From Podarcis gaigeae (taxonomy: Eukaryota): a DNA stretch of 64,000 nucleotides. Shown piece after piece: positions 25,860 through 40,148 of the stretch. The stretch's first letter is position 1, and every line of letters starts with the position of its first letter. Location: the NCBI GenBank assembly GCA_964106915.2, contig OZ066919.1; one strand, 5' to 3'. The notes below the pieces were generated by a model. It saw only the letters and a list, made by a program, of their open reading frames with translations, had not been told where the DNA came from and did no database searches. The position numbers were made by a program, and so were the translations under genes.

Positions 25860-26155
25860 CCAAGAAATTGGCTGGTAGTGAGTTCAAGACACACAAAAGG
25901 AAGCACTTCATGCAATTCATAATTAACTTATGCAATTATTGCAAGCTGTGGTGACGGGCACTAGTTCAGATAACTTTGAAGAAGCATCAGGCAACATTTA
26001 TAAAGAATAGGCCCATCAACATCCATTAGCCATGATAGCTAAACATGGAACCTCTATACACAGACCAAGCTTCCCAGAGGCATCTAGCTAACCAAGAAGA
26101 CATAATGTTCTGCTAGATGGAATTATTAATCTGATCCAACAGAGCATCTCTTACT
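25860..26155 (+). mobile_element. Old CR1-like 3' fragment
   Basis: Translation GSEFKTHKRKHF and similarity to the reverse complement of the 3150-3600 fragment. Boundaries are approximate. Confidence 0.5.
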
Positions 26156-28708
26156 ATTTTCAAGATGTATCTCCACTAAAGGAATAAGTGAACCTAGACC
26201 AATGTGATATGTGATTCCTAGCTTAATGACCTTCTTCCCAGCGATATGCAATTGACCCTATCAGTGCTGGTCTTCAAAGAGGTTTGGAAGACTCACCTCT
26301 TCCAGCTAGCTTTTTAATTAAAATGACCTCATTAAAGTAGCTTCAATAACTTTAAAAGGTTCCTGCAGTTTTTCTGGTCATATTTCCATGATGTTATGTG
26401 CTGTTCATTATTTGTAAAATAAAACATTACCTTAAAAAGGGGGGGAAAGAATATTTTATTAAGGTTGTTGGGATTATAAGAGTATTAGTCTGTTGGCTTA
26501 TGTCCTGTGAGATGACCTTAAAACCACAGTGTTCTGTGGATTTTGTTTTTGCTTATTAAAATTATGAGAACTGCAAAGAATGTCTGGTCTTTCCTATTGT
26601 GTGATTGATTCTAGAAGTTCTTTAAGTTAGTTTAATGGAGTCACCTTAATGATGTGAAAGAATGATGTACCTGCAGGTACATCAGAGCAGTGGAGAAAGT
26701 GGAGATGGAAAATGCAATGGCTTTGCCCTCTTTCACTATCTGAAACCCTTTAAAACTGGGGCAGGATCTCTGAGGATCCCTCAGTTTCATCATTCCTCCC
26801 ACAGCCCATGAAAGTAGCCCCTGTGAATGGGTTGGTTTCGCCCTCTAAGGTCAGAGTCACTCAGGTAGGAAGGTAAAAGGAGGGAGTTGAAGCTGACGCT
26901 TCTTTTGCTGGTGATAAGAGTTCAGAAAGTTTTAACAGACCAGAAATATTTCTTCAGCTCCGCAGCAGAAGTTTGCCTTATGTCTGTATTGGTGTTGCTT
27001 TCTGAAAATTTATAAAGATGAACATGCTCACAGAGGAGTGAGGGGGGTACATAGATATAAGAATCTATATATATGTTTTGGTGTCAGGGCAGGGATGGAT
27101 GTTTAGGACACAGTAATGACAAAGACAGCGCCTGAAGCCAGATAATTTGCAGCTGCGCCAATACCACCACACCACTTGGTGTGATTTTTCACCTACACTG
27201 TAAGTGTGATGCATCCAGACACAGAGAAGTAAATGTAGACTCAAACCAGACTCAAGAGTTCCCCTTGGAGGCCCATGCTTAGAGTCCTGTCCTGAAGTTC
27301 TATATAAACTTGCTTAATAAACTATTGCCAACTCTTGTGGGGAGCTGATATTAATAGTCAAGTTTCAGCACAAGAGAACATAATGGGAGCACATTTCCTG
27401 ACTCACCATCAGTATTGACCTGTGTATCTGCTGTAAGACAGGAATACTTCATATGAGCAGTACAACATCAGAAGAGGGAGCTTGAGCAAGATTGCAGCTC
27501 GTCCATGATTTGAAACATTTGACCTTTTAAGAACGGATGTACCGGCTCTTAGTCTGCTCGCACTGCCAGAATGGCATAGAAGAACTTTGCTCTGCGAATC
27601 AGATTCTCGCCCAGTACTGGTGACGCCTGCCAAAACTGCTTCAACTTGAAACCTCAGGCGCAGAGGCTTGTCTTCTTGTGTGAACAGTGACAGCCAGACT
27701 TGTTTAATCCCCTCCTCCAGTTTGCACATTTTATTCAGATTTTTGCTTTATAAATAAAAATCAGATTAACAAAGAACCTGGTACACCCAGTACACGCCAT
27801 GAGACAGAGGAAATCTTTCTGATACCCAGACATTCAGCGCATATTAATCAACCGTGGATTAACCGGGTCAGCCTGTAATTTAATAACGAGAGAGATCAGA
27901 GATCAAAGCTAAAAGGCAGACTTTCCACATATAAAAAGCAGCTAAAAACCATCAGCCATTAGAGCCCGCTATCGGTTAAGTGAAACTACATGTGCTTTCA
28001 CAATGACATATGGGCTTGCCCTAGAAAAACAAGAACTCTGTTTGACAGCAAGTATTTTAGTATGCTCCTCAAAGATCTTTCTCAGTAATATTACAAGATG
28101 CAGAACTGTGAGCAGCCTGGTACCTGATAGGACTTTTGATGCCCTCTCTGAAGATTTGAGATTCTCAGTCACACAGGAACCACTTTATATATTCTCCACC
28201 AATGAGGAGGGAGCACCAAGTTGGTTCTGCAGAGACTACAGCTTCTACAAAGGTATCATCTAGGTGTCAGAGTTGGTTAAGGCCTCTCCAGCTGTGGGGG
28301 GTCACAGCCCTTCCCCACTCTTCCGCTTTATGCACAGGCAGTGGTTTTGGTGAAGATGACCAGATTTTGTGGGATGTCTCCCTGAATAGATGACAATGAA
28401 GGTCTGGCCAGAAACTGCTCTAGATCTGAGGGTGTCTCGTTCAAAGTGAACCCTGGATGGGCTCCCTCCTGTGTAAACAGTCCAACTGGGGCTTACCTGG
28501 TGGAAACAGGCGGCAGCACTCTGAGCAATACAACAAGCAGTATTGAGTGATTGAGATTGGCCACCAATTTAATTTCCCATAATGTCCCAGAGTGGTACTA
28601 CACCAAGGGAATTGTGGGACATTAATATGGCAGCTGGACGCAGCTGGGCAGGACTGACCCTGCCATGCCCTGCCTTGTAGCAGGGTAAATCAACCTGCTA
28701 AGACAGTA

Positions 28709-28929
28709 CAGACATACCTCATGTTACGTCCGCTTCATGTTACGGAAAGGGTTACTTCCGGGTTTTGCTGCTCGCGCATGCGCAGAAGCGCAAAATGATG
28801 TCACGCGCATGCGCAGAAGCAGCAAATCGCAACCCGCGCGTGCGCAGATGCGCCACTGTGGTTTGCACTCTTTTCATGTTGCAAATGGGCCTCCAGAACG
28901 GATCCTGTTCACAACCAGAGGTACCATTG
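28709..28929. mobile_element. Tigger/pogo-like MITE with CpG-rich interior
   Basis: TA-flanked, imperfect TIRs CAGACATACCTC ... GAGGTACCATTG. The interior has repeated GCGCATGCGCAGA units. Confidence 0.75.
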
Positions 28930-30427
28930 TACTCTAAAGGCAAAATGGAGACAAGAACTGGTGTCTGATTGGTGCCTTTTTAAAGACTTTTTAAAGTGCT
29001 GGCCCTAGCAAATGCATTTAATTTCCAGTTTAGGTAAGAAAATGTTTTGGGCTGGCAGTATGGGTAGGGAGGACCCATTAGATCTCCTTGAACCCATGAG
29101 AAATCTAGTAAGCCTTGGGGGCAGGACAAGATCTTCTGAAAGATTGCTGTTGAATCAAATCAATATTACTGCTCTCTGACCTCTGCTTCTTGGGCATTTT
29201 TAGCATGGCAGAAATTTTCTGGCAAAGCAGCACCATAACAATACATTGCTGTAAGGAAATGTTTCACTTCAGATCAGTCAATGTATGCTTGCAGTCAGAA
29301 AACATTTAAGTGGCCATTTGTCATTTATGATCTTGCTGAGATTCCTGCATTGCAGGGGGTTGGACTAGATGATCCTTGGGGTGACCCTTCCAATTCTACA
29401 ATGCTATGATTCTGTGAAGTGCCAATGGTTCTGAATATTCTATTGTTGCTCTCAAGTTATGCTCTAGAGGGGAAGTCAAGGGAGCCACCTAGTGGCACCT
29501 GAAAGCATTACAGTAAAGCAAGAACAAAACTTTAAATTAATTGCAACTGATGCTTGCAGAGCAACTTTTCGGAATGGGGGAGTGCTAGGTTCTAAGCTAG
29601 AGGCCTGCCCCTTTGAGGCCTTCCAAGAGGCAGAGCTTGGAATGGGTGAAATGACCCTGGGAGCAAATTCTTCACTAGGAGATCTTTTTGGGAAAGTTGC
29701 TTTGCTGCATCACATCCCACATGGGAGCCTTGTTAGGACTAGGACTGGCAAGACTCCCATTTTTAAAGCTGGTGGTCAATCAACACCACATATCATGTGG
29801 CAGCAAATTCACTATGGTGAAGAGATGCGCTTTCCCTTCTCTGCCAGAATCTTCTGCTATAATCTCATGTTGACTTGCATCTACAAGAGTAGCTTCTAGA
29901 GGCAAGAGGCCTGCTCACTGGCTCTACATTTCTAGTGGCTATTGGCAAAGACATTTACTTTGGTGTGGGATAAATGACATGCCTACACATGCCTTTCAGT
30001 TTTATTTTTACTTTTTACAATGTGTTTATACCATTGCAATTTTTTAACCTGGAGACAATTCTTTAGCAATTTGTGGGGGTAGAGTTGAAAGCAACAGGTA
30101 ATTTATTAGAAATAGGAGGGAGGTGACAGCTCTTACTTTAAACAAGGTACCCGGGGTTATTTCTTTCAAATACATATACATCCTGAAAATTTATAAGAAA
30201 CTTGCCTACCCCCTCAGAAACAGCACTCTCCCCCCGCTTTCTTTCTCTCTCACACATCGCAACACACTGCTTTTTCACTGTTTGGGGATCAGGGTTTTTA
30301 TGGAGTGACATAAGCCTGAGTTGCCACTGCGGCATATCACAATTTCTTGCTTCGTTTTTTAAAGTAACTTGCCTGATTTAATATACAAAGCACATAAGAG
30401 ACAGTTCTTCATCACTTTTCTCAAATA

Positions 30428-30669
30428 CAGTGGTACGTTGGGTTTCAAACACCTCGGGTTACAAACACTTCAGGTTACAGACTCTGCTAACCCAGAAGTA
30501 GTACCTCAGGTTAAGAACTTTGCCTCAGGATGAGAACAGAAATCGTGTGCCGGCGGCGCAGCAGCATCAGGAGGCCCCATTTGCTAAAGTGGTGCTTCAG
30601 GTTAAGAACGGTTTCAGGTTAAGAACAGACCTCCGGAATGAATTAAGTTCTTAACCAGAGGTACCACTG
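30428..30669 (-). mobile_element. Tc1/mariner MITE family A
   Basis: TA|CAGTGGTAC ... GTACCACTG|TA. Reverse-complement homologue of 968-1187. Confidence 0.85.
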
Positions 30670-33417
30670 TACTTGAGATTGTGTTTTGATGGCTGCAATT
30701 TTGGCTATTAGTCAGAAAGTATATGAATCATCTGGCACTGGTTGTTTTTCAAATCCCTTGAAATAGCAATTAACAGTGTTACAGTAACATACAAAATTTC
30801 AGGTCATTCAGCTCCCCTTTTCTTTTTCCCAGTTCAGGTACAAAATATAACAGTGACTCAGAGAGCAGTAAGGAAAAGGGGCAACAACCTCCACTTGCCT
30901 TGCCTCTCCTTCTAAATGGTGCAGATTGATCCCACAAGCAAATGGGAAGTAGTGATGAAGACAAAGTGGTGTTACTCCGTTAGGAAGACTCTTGAAGTTG
31001 GGTTGCTCAAGCCCTACCTCAGGGGTGGGGAACAAGATCTGGCCCATGAACCAGATTGGTCAGCCCTCAACCCTCTACAGGCCAGCTTTGACCAGTGGGC
31101 AGGACCACCCACCAGACAATCCCCTGAGATTGTCTGGTGGGTGGTCAGGTGATTGAAACTGGGATCGCTGCAAGCACTGATTGGCAAGCACTGAAAGGTG
31201 GTGTGGTTACAGCGACCACCTTTCAAGGCACACTCCCAGAGGCTTGCTCCATTAGCACAAAGCAGTTTGCATCAAAAGGGCTCGCTAAGATGTAGGGAAC
31301 AAGCCCACCTCATCCCCCCTCCACAAAAACCCGGAGATGACATTGCTTTAAAAAGCTTATCACATGGTACCTCTAATTATGTCCAGAAGCACTTGTAACA
31401 TGGTTAAGTCTACAGGGGAGGAAACACCCCCATAGCCACTCCATTCACTTGTAGCCACTGTGCCATAAGCTTTTAAACAGCTACCCCTAGAGAAGCAGGA
31501 GTACCTCAATTGCTCTGCATGTTTAGGTGACCTGACCTGGACTAATACATCAATTGCATTAGTCATTTAGATTTTGCACTTCTCCAAATTTTACAATATA
31601 GTTCTTGTCTCAAATCACATACCCCAATGTGTAAAAAGCTTGTCCCAATAGTATTTTAGAGCAGAAAAAAAATATGTTTAGAAATGCATACGTTAAGGTA
31701 AAAAAAAGTCATATTTTGTGGTAAAATAGTATTTTAAATACTTTTTAAAATTAAAAAATCTGTTTCTTTTTAAAAAAACAAACAAACCCAGATCAGTGCA
31801 AAAATGAGACTTAATGTACTTCTGAATGAATGCATGTGAAATTACCATGGACTGAAATTAAACTGAAGTTCACCCTTAGGGACCGTATTGCTGCCAGTCT
31901 TGAATCACCCATACCACAGAAAACATCAAGGGGGACCACTGTCAATACTTTCCCTTATGAGGTTCAGTTCTGAGAAAGATAGAAATGGGATTGGGGTGAC
32001 ACACCTGGGGCTGGGGAGCCAACCTCCCACCCACCAGCCAGGGTGCTACGTGGACCCAGATGCCCGGCTGCAATGCCGCTCTTTCTGAGAAAGAGAGAAA
32101 GGGGGAAATGCTAGATCAAGAGGCCGCGGTCACAATGCTATCCCTCATTTTTAGCTGTAAATATCCTCACTTGCACACAAAGCCTGATCCAAGTCCAGTG
32201 ATATCAGTTAAAGCTCTTTGGCGCTAGCGTGGTTTGCATGAACACTTCTAAGTCAACAGAACATCCCCTGCACAAGAAAAGCCTCACAGTGGATTAGCTG
32301 ATTAATGTTAATGCATCCCGAGTATACTTCTAAGGTAGCACACTCTGAGCTTTTGTCATTTTCTGTTCTATGACATTTGATAGTCTAATTACTGTTCTAA
32401 TTGCTGTACCACAGGACATCAGATCTAGCCAACAGAGGTGTTTTCATTTCCTCTGGAGAAACACCGGCGTTGCCACTCTGCATATTTAGCACATCTTGTA
32501 TATTCCACACATTCACTTTTGAATATGGAAACATGCTGTTCTTAAACACACACCACTTTATATTACAAGAATTCATCAACAAAAGGTTTCTTAAGCAGGC
32601 ACTTACTTAGAAACAATATTCTGATATTCTGATTTAGGTGACTACCTGCAACAGGGTTAGTGATGTCACGGAACTCATATTTCAAGGGTCGCAAGTACAA
32701 GTTTCAGGAGACTCATCACAGCTCAACGGCAAGTGAATATTGTAACCCCTGAATTCCCCTTCCACCTCTTCCAGCCGACCTCAAATCTGCTCCCTCCCAC
32801 CCAAGCAGCCCACTTTCAATGCATCCTGATTCCCCAAGCCTCTTGTAGGAACATAAGAAGCTGCCTGGACCACTGATCCACCTTGTACAATATTGTCTAC
32901 TCTACACCACCTGGAAGCAGTCCCCCGGGGTGTCAGGAAGGAGTTTCTTGTGGCTCTACCTGGGTTTGAACCTGGGACAGAAGATACCGTGCACTTAAAC
33001 TAGGGACTGCATGTTGAGATTCTTACGTTGCATGGGGTTGGGCTCTCGGAACCCCTTCCTACTCTGCAATTCTTTGATTCCTCTTCCATTCTCTTCAATG
33101 CCACTAAGCTCCAATGGGTGGTAGAAAGATAAAGAGAGGGAGGGAGGGAAGGAGGATTCCTATCTCTCCCCATTTAGCACACCAGGCTACAAGACTGGGA
33201 AATGTAATTTCCCCAAGGCAACTGACATTACAGGAGCTCTTGGGAAAATTACATCTCCCAGGGGCTACTTCAGCCTGGCTTTCAACACTTCTATGCAGTA
33301 CGCACAGCTGATTTTGGAGGAGAGAGGAGAAAGTAAGCTCCTTCCCCTCCTTCCCTCTTTCTGTGGCTTGTCGTAGTTTGCTGCTGGTGCTTAGGAACCT
33401 GACCTCCAATGCAGCTT

Positions 33418-33604
33418 GGGTCACATTCACACCATATATTGCAGGCACTCACAACACTTTAACAGTCATGGCTTTCCCCCCCAAATCCTGGGAAGTGTCG
33501 TTTTTTTAAAAGGCGCTGAAGATCCAGGCACCCTTAACAAGCTACAGTTCCCAGTACTCACCATGACTGTTAAGTGGTTTGAATATATGTTGTGGGGGTG
33601 ACCC
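33418..33604. mobile_element. Palindromic MITE (PIF/Harbinger-like ends)
   Basis: GGGTCACATTCACACCATATATT ... AATATATGTTGTGGGGGTGACCC, with internal inverted TTAACAGTCATGG / CCATGACTGTTAA. Confidence 0.6.
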
Positions 33605-34005
33605 CAGTCAGTGAGATGAGAGGGATGGGTCCGTGGGTTTGATGGATTGTAGGGACTGTTTCAGTGGAAAAGAAGGGAGGGGTTTCACATTGACTGACAA
33701 TGATTTAAAATTGACATAGTTTGGTCCATTGAGTAGTAATGGCTTTGCGTAGCTTGTTTTCCCCTTTTGCCAATAGCTAAGCACAGGGACACCACACTAG
33801 ATTGGAACCACAGTGTGACGGTAGAGGGGCTTTTGGCCATTTTGTCTCTAGTTGCAGTCCTGTTCCTGACTGGATCCTTACAATATGCAACCACAGAGGA
33901 CTGGGCACAATCTCAGTTCATAGCATATGATGGTGAGGCCTTGAATATGTTCCAAAACCTCTCCAGAGGTCCTGATGAAATGCCCTGGGATCTTTCAGGA
34001 TAGAG

Positions 34006-34018
34006 TCATAGAATCGTA

Positions 34019-34060
<42 letters not shown>

Positions 34061-34334
34061 TTTTTATTTATACCCTGCCCTCCCCAGCCAAGGCCGGGCT
34101 CAGGGTGGCTAACAACCAATAATAAAAACAAGTTGAATGAATACAACTTAAAAACAAGATTAAAAGACAACATTAAAACATTAAAATGCAGCCTCGTGGA
34201 ATTGTAGAGTTGGAAGGAACGCTGAGGATCTCCTAGTGCAACCCCCTGCAAAGCAGGAAGATGCAGCTGTCCCATATGGCGATCAAACCTGCAACCTTGG
34301 TGTTATCAGCACCATGTTCTAATCAACTGAGCTA
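34006..34334 (-). mobile_element. tRNA-Ile-derived SINE with CR1-type tail, interrupted by an L2-like 3' end (about 34020-34193)
   Basis: Minus-strand head TAGCTCAGTTGATTAGAACATGGTGCTGATAACACCAAGGTTGCAGGTTTGATC, followed by the CR1 tail ...CCTTCCAACTCTACAATTC. An (AAT)n-tailed insert splits the terminal repeats. Confidence 0.7.
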
Positions 34335-37159
34335 AATGTTCATTGCAGGTAAGGATCTTGAAAGACACCAAAAGAGCACAACACTTTTCTTTCTTTCATA
34401 GTTGCACTGAAGGTGCAGCTATTTTCACCCCCGCATACCACACACAAGATCACACAACTAGATGTACAATGAAATTCTGAACAACTTTTAAGAATTCCTT
34501 CCTCCTTTGCTGGAGGTCACTCCATTGTGGAATAGTCTAGCCCACTGGAAAGTGGGAAAGAATTCCACTACATTGAATGAAAGGTATCACAGATATCTGA
34601 GCAAATTGACATCAAAATCTCATGCAGCATAGTAGTTTAATTTCATTAAACCACATACCAAAATCAGTCATTCATACACCTTCCATTGTCTGGAGCAAGA
34701 AGGACTTCAGAGGGCTAGTCAGCTTGCAGGTGAGATCTGGGCCTTACTGATTACCAACTTTTAATTAAAGTGTGGCCAAAACAATGGCTTTGATCCCAGA
34801 AGTCCCTTCTTCAAATGAAAGGGCTCCTTCCATTTGTAGAAGCCCTTTCAAGCCAGTGGAGGAGACCAATGGTAGGAACCAGGTGATCTTCACCACTTCT
34901 ACCTCCCACTATAATACCACCACACCATCCTATCCTGCACATTGTTCTGGAAGGTTCTCCAACTCAACTAAAGAAACGAAATTTCCAAAAGCTATGTGAG
35001 ATGCTGCTGCTGCTCCTCCTCCTCTCTCTGTTGAATGCAACAATCCAGGCACAACCTTAAATTTGATAGACCCCAATTTTCTTATAGAGCCTGATCCATA
35101 AGAGAGGCAGAATATACGTACAGTAAAATCACCACCACTGGTCCATAAAGCAGGCAGATAACAACACATTGTGGACATTGACATCCCTAGTCTTGAAGAA
35201 CATGCTGTGATATGAGGATAGGACTGCATAATATTGGATAATTTAATGAATTCAACTTAGGGCCACTGTGAAGAGTGTTCACCCAGTTTTGTTTCTTCAC
35301 TTGAACAAGAACTAGTCACCATTCCGACCATTTTTTAAATACAATGCAAATTATTCAAAGCCTTGTAGAGCAAAGTCATCAATAAACATGAACAGTAGGA
35401 ATATTTATATCAACACAAGGAAAACAAAAGCTATTGGAAGTTCTGATTCACATGGATTTTCCTAAATTGAGGTTATTGTCTTGAGGTCCACAAATGGAGG
35501 CATTGTAAGATACTTCATTTAGAATTGTTAAGTAAACAGCTTTTGTTCCATTTTAAATAACTGAGTTGCTGCAAAAGAGATTGTTTTACTACACCCATTG
35601 TACCCTGCCTGATTGTATCTTTTTATGTTTCTATCACATCATTCCCCCTGCCCACCAAATGGGTTCTTCTTTTAAAAAACAATGCAATATAAATATTCAG
35701 CAGCTCACCTCAGATCCAATTCAGCTGGTCTTTTGAGGGGCAGGAACTTGCATGGGAAAGGCTGAGATATCTCCAATTGTCCCAGATGTGACTGGTGTCT
35801 GCTTGTTATCTCCGATACAAAGATAAGCATTAGAAAGAGTTTGCCTTGGCTAAGACTCAGATTCAGAAACACTATATGCTGGTGAAATCTTATCTCCTTG
35901 TTGTCATAGGCTTTAAAAGGAATTGTTCTCAAAAACGGGAGCAGCATCAAACAGAGACTGGGTGTTCTTGTGCGCTTAAGTGACACAGGCAATGTGATCC
36001 ACAAATTACTTAAGCAAGTATAATTGCACTCAAGCCAGGTTAATCTCGCTGAAGTCACTGAGACTAAACCACTTTGGAAACAATAAAATCAATTACTTAT
36101 GGATTCAGACAAGGTTAGGAAATAAATTGTCCGCATGGATAAGACTTCCATCAACTAAGATATTGCTTGATCTTTATGTATACAAAGAACTCTTCACTCC
36201 AGATTTGTGCATGGATCAGAAATTGGCAATCCCTAAGTACCCATTCATATATTCTTATATTTCCTATTGATTTCCAATAAGCTCTACAGTTAGATCATAA
36301 GCACATTTCCTTGAAAGTAAATTCCACTGAATTCAGCTAGGATTTCCTCCCAGGAAAGTGGGCACCAGTTTCAGTCTTACTTCCTAGTATGTATGTCACA
36401 ATTGCAGCCTTAAAAGTAAGAGAAGTCATCTCCATTTTATTTAATTTTTTGTTACATTGATACACTGCCCATATAACTGAGTTCTCTTAGTGGGTTAGAT
36501 GCAGAGAGAGATGGTTAAGTGCCACTGATTTCACTGAATCCACTTATTTCAATCCTATATATACTGACAGCAAACTTCTTCCCCGAAGGCCGGTAGCAAA
36601 AACAACACCATCCATGCATGAAAGGGAAATACCAAAACAATCTTCAGCCAAAAAAATCTCTAAGCGGAGGATCCCAAAAACAGTCTAATGGGGACTGAGC
36701 ATACTCAGTGACTAAGGAATGCCGATGGACTGATGGACTGGAATCTTTTAGGAAAGGGCATGACTGGCAGTGTGGAAATCTAGACAGGTGCACTGCACAC
36801 TTCACCATTTTGATGCAACTTCCTCTTATTTTTTCGTAATTCTACTCAAAGTCTGCATTTACTCCATTCACTCCATTCTGACTTCCTTCTAAGTAGCATG
36901 TTTAAGCTGAAAGTGTATAGTGCAGGAAACAAAAACAATTGGATCTTTCTGTTACACATCAGTAGCCGCAGTCCAACAAATGTTTAAGTGCACTTAAAAC
37001 CATTGATGTCAACTCTTCTCTGACTTATATGGCTAACGGTTATAATCTAAGAATATGCGTGCTTAGGTGGCCCTAATAGCTAACTGGCCCATTACTGTTT
37101 TTGTACCTCTAGGGCAGATCCAGTCCTTAACTATGCTGCAGTATGACTGAGCTCAGGCA

Positions 37160-37360
37160 CTCAGGGAACCAGGCAGAGGGCCTTCTCGGTAGTGGCACCC
37201 TTCCTGTGGAACATCCTCCCACCAGATGTCAAAGAGAAGAATAACTACCAGACTTTTAGAAGACATCTGAAGGCAGCCCTGTTTAGGGAAGCTTTTAATG
37301 TTTAACAGACCACTGTATTTTAATACTCTGCTGGAAGCAGCCCAGAGTGGCTGGGGAATA
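37160..37360 (+). mobile_element. L2 LINE 3' fragment
   Basis: CAGGGAACCAGGCAGAGGGCCTTCTCGGTAGTGGCACCC...GTTTAGGGAAGCTTTTAATGTTT. Same family as 5890-6161. Confidence 0.85.
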
Positions 37361-38567
37361 AATAATATGTTGTTGTTGTTTTTATACCAAGTATCAGTCA
37401 ATGATACCTGAAATGTCTGTGAACTTCCTTTCCTAGAGTTAGGTCTGCCCCCACCATTCTGTTCAAAACATCTCTAGGGGAGCCTACAAAACCAATAAGC
37501 GGTTACTTCCATTTCTCTTTTCCTTCTGGAAGTTTTGCTCACTGCCTTCAGTATTTTTCATCCTCGTGTTTTAAGTTTTGTTTCCTCATTACCAACAGCA
37601 AAACCACCATTAATGGAATCCAGATGGAATCCTGGTTGCGGTTGTTAACTTACAAAAGGCCACACTTACCCCAATGCCTTCTTGTGACTTTTGCCATGGG
37701 GTGATTTTAGCTGATCAACATATCAGTCATGATGAGAATTGGTTTCATCTCTTTTTGCCAGAATAATGAGGCATTGCTTTGAATCCAAACAGGGCAAAGG
37801 AGGTGAGGTGTTCATTTCTGGCAATTATAAGAAGGAAAGGACCAGAATGGAGTTGAAATAATGTATATTATGTGTGAAGAAACACATGACAGCTTAGGTG
37901 ATGATAAGTCATTTGCCACCCAAGGTCCCTTGGGGTTTGCTAGCTGGTTTCCAGTGAGGAGATGGCCCCAGAATATCACATCACTACTCAGCATCAGGAA
38001 GGAGGGGGGAATCCCCCTGAAAAGCAAGGAGCTTGAAAGCAGAGCCCTTGGATGGAAACAAAAGCTCCCTAGGATAATGTTCTTTCTACTTACTGGCTGT
38101 GACCATGTCCTGCCTGCCATCTGGCAAAGAGCAGTCTGCAGATGCTGGTAAGAGATGGTTGCCAACAGCCTTGCATTGTGTTTCTCAGCCAGGCAGGTAG
38201 CTGCCCTCAAAGGTCACGTTAGTCAATTTGAAGGTGCTCACTGACTGCTATGTTGGGTCACGAATAGGGGAGAGTAGTGTTGCCATTTTCTCTACTGACC
38301 TAGTTCCAGGGGACCTGCCTCCTTCTCCCTATCTCTCAAACACACACTCAGTGAAACTTCCTTCATTCCTTTATTGCCAGTCCACTTCCTTCCTTTTTGC
38401 ATGAGTAGGACCAAAAAACACTGATGTCCCCAAGCGCAAGCTGCTTGCTCCTCTTAGCACCTTCAGATTCCGTACAAGCCCAGTAGTTCTGTACAAAGTG
38501 AAAGCCGTTTCTGAGTTTCAAATTTAGCTTTGTTTTCTCGCCAAGGAAAGGCGAATTGAACTAATTA

Positions 38568-38809
38568 CAGTGGTATCTCTGGTTAAGAACTTAATTCGTT
38601 CTGGAGATCCATCCTTAACTTGAAACTGTTCTTAACCTGAGGTAGCACTTCAGCTAATGGGGCCTCCCACTGCCGCTGTGCCGCTGCCACACAATTTCTG
38701 TTCTCATCCTGAGGTAAAGTTCTTAACCCGAGGTACTACTTCCGGGTTAGCGGAGTCTGTAACTTGAAGTGTTTGTAACCCGAAGCATTTGTAACCTGAG
38801 GTACCACTG
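38568..38809 (+). mobile_element. Tc1/mariner MITE family A
   Basis: TA|CAGTGGTATCTCTGGTTAAG ... AACCTGAGGTACCACTG|TA. Confidence 0.85.
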
Positions 38810-40000
38810 TATTACAGTAAATATTGGATTTAACCAAACCTTGAAAAACAGATGGGATTTTCTTCTTCTTCCATGCATACTGAAGTTCATGGGCATTTTT
38901 ATTTCCTTGCCTAGATTTCTTCTCCCTACATCATTCATCAGTGGAAGGAAAATGGGATATGTTCATTGTCTTCATTGAAATATATGCATACAAAAAAGAA
39001 AATGGCCACCAGGGGAAGCATTGCTCTGGAAGAACAGCTTGCCATTTTAATGCTTGGCATGTAGAGGCTGTGAAGGGCCTGACCTGCAGTGACGGGCTGC
39101 AATGGCAAGTCAGGCTAGCAGTGTTCCTCCTTCCCTCACCAGCACCACCCCATATTATGCCTGCCAGTGTCATGATATTGGTGATAGAAACTAAAATCTG
39201 TCACTTGACCATGGACTGGGGTCAGCAATGCAAACTGATCACAGTGTAAGAATGGTCAGGGTAGGTCAGCCCCCTCTTCTGATGGAGGGATAGACTTTCA
39301 ATGTTCATTTAGCTAATGGTTTCATCTTCCATGGAACAATTGCCAGGGCTTAATCTGAGCTAAGCCTCAGCTTGGTTTGTAATGCTAAGGTTCAAACCTT
39401 TGAACAGCTGGAATGATGAAGAAAAGAAAAAATTCCTTGACCACTACATCTTCAGCACCAAAGTCTTGTGGCACCATATAGACTAATGCATGTATTGTGG
39501 CAGAAGTGTTCATGAACCACAGTCTGCTTCTTCAGGTGCATGAAATATCCCAAGACATGGGACTATGGCTGGGGGTAAACAGGGGTCACACCCTGGTGCT
39601 GCTGTGAACTGCAGGATGATGAGAGGCACTGGACTGAGGCCCAGGAGAGTCACAGAGGGACAGACAGCAGGAAGAGCAAAGGAGAAGCACTTGGGAGGAT
39701 CACAAAGTCCTTTCACTTCCGATATTGGTGGTGTAAAGGAGGAGAAATGCAGAGCTCTTTCCCGCTCTCCCACTTCCAACCTTTGATGTTGCAAGTTGAA
39801 AAAGTTGATGTGGAGAATGAAGGCTGTTGCTGTCTCTACTAAGCTCATGAACCCACAAGGGATTTTGACAGGTGGTACAACCCAGCTGACAACCATGAGA
39901 CATCATAATGACTTCATTTGATTGACAGGTGGGCTGCCCCATCCACCCATCAAAGTAGGTCCAAAGTATGTGTGTGTATCTGTAACTCAGGAGAACACTT

Positions 40001-40031
40001 TATGCATCTGTGGCCATACAAGTTGATGATG

Positions 40032-40077
<46 letters not shown>

Positions 40078-40148
40078 TTTAAAAGTGCCACAGGACTCTT
40101 TATTGTTTTGGTTGCAGCAGCCTAACACAGTTAATTTCTTCTGGAAAT
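40001..40148 (+). mobile_element. Degenerate Penelope-like terminal-repeat remnant containing a (TA)n tract
   Basis: CTTTAAAAGTGCCACAGGACTCTTTATTGTTTTGGTTGCAGCAGCCTAACACAG aligns by eye with 60063-60118. (TA)n at about 40035-40077. Confidence 0.5.

Noticed and set aside
34270-34334. tRNA-Ile(GAT) gene
   Set aside because: Degenerate stems and B box, fused to a CR1-like tail. It is a SINE head, not a functional tRNA with an unusual anticodon.
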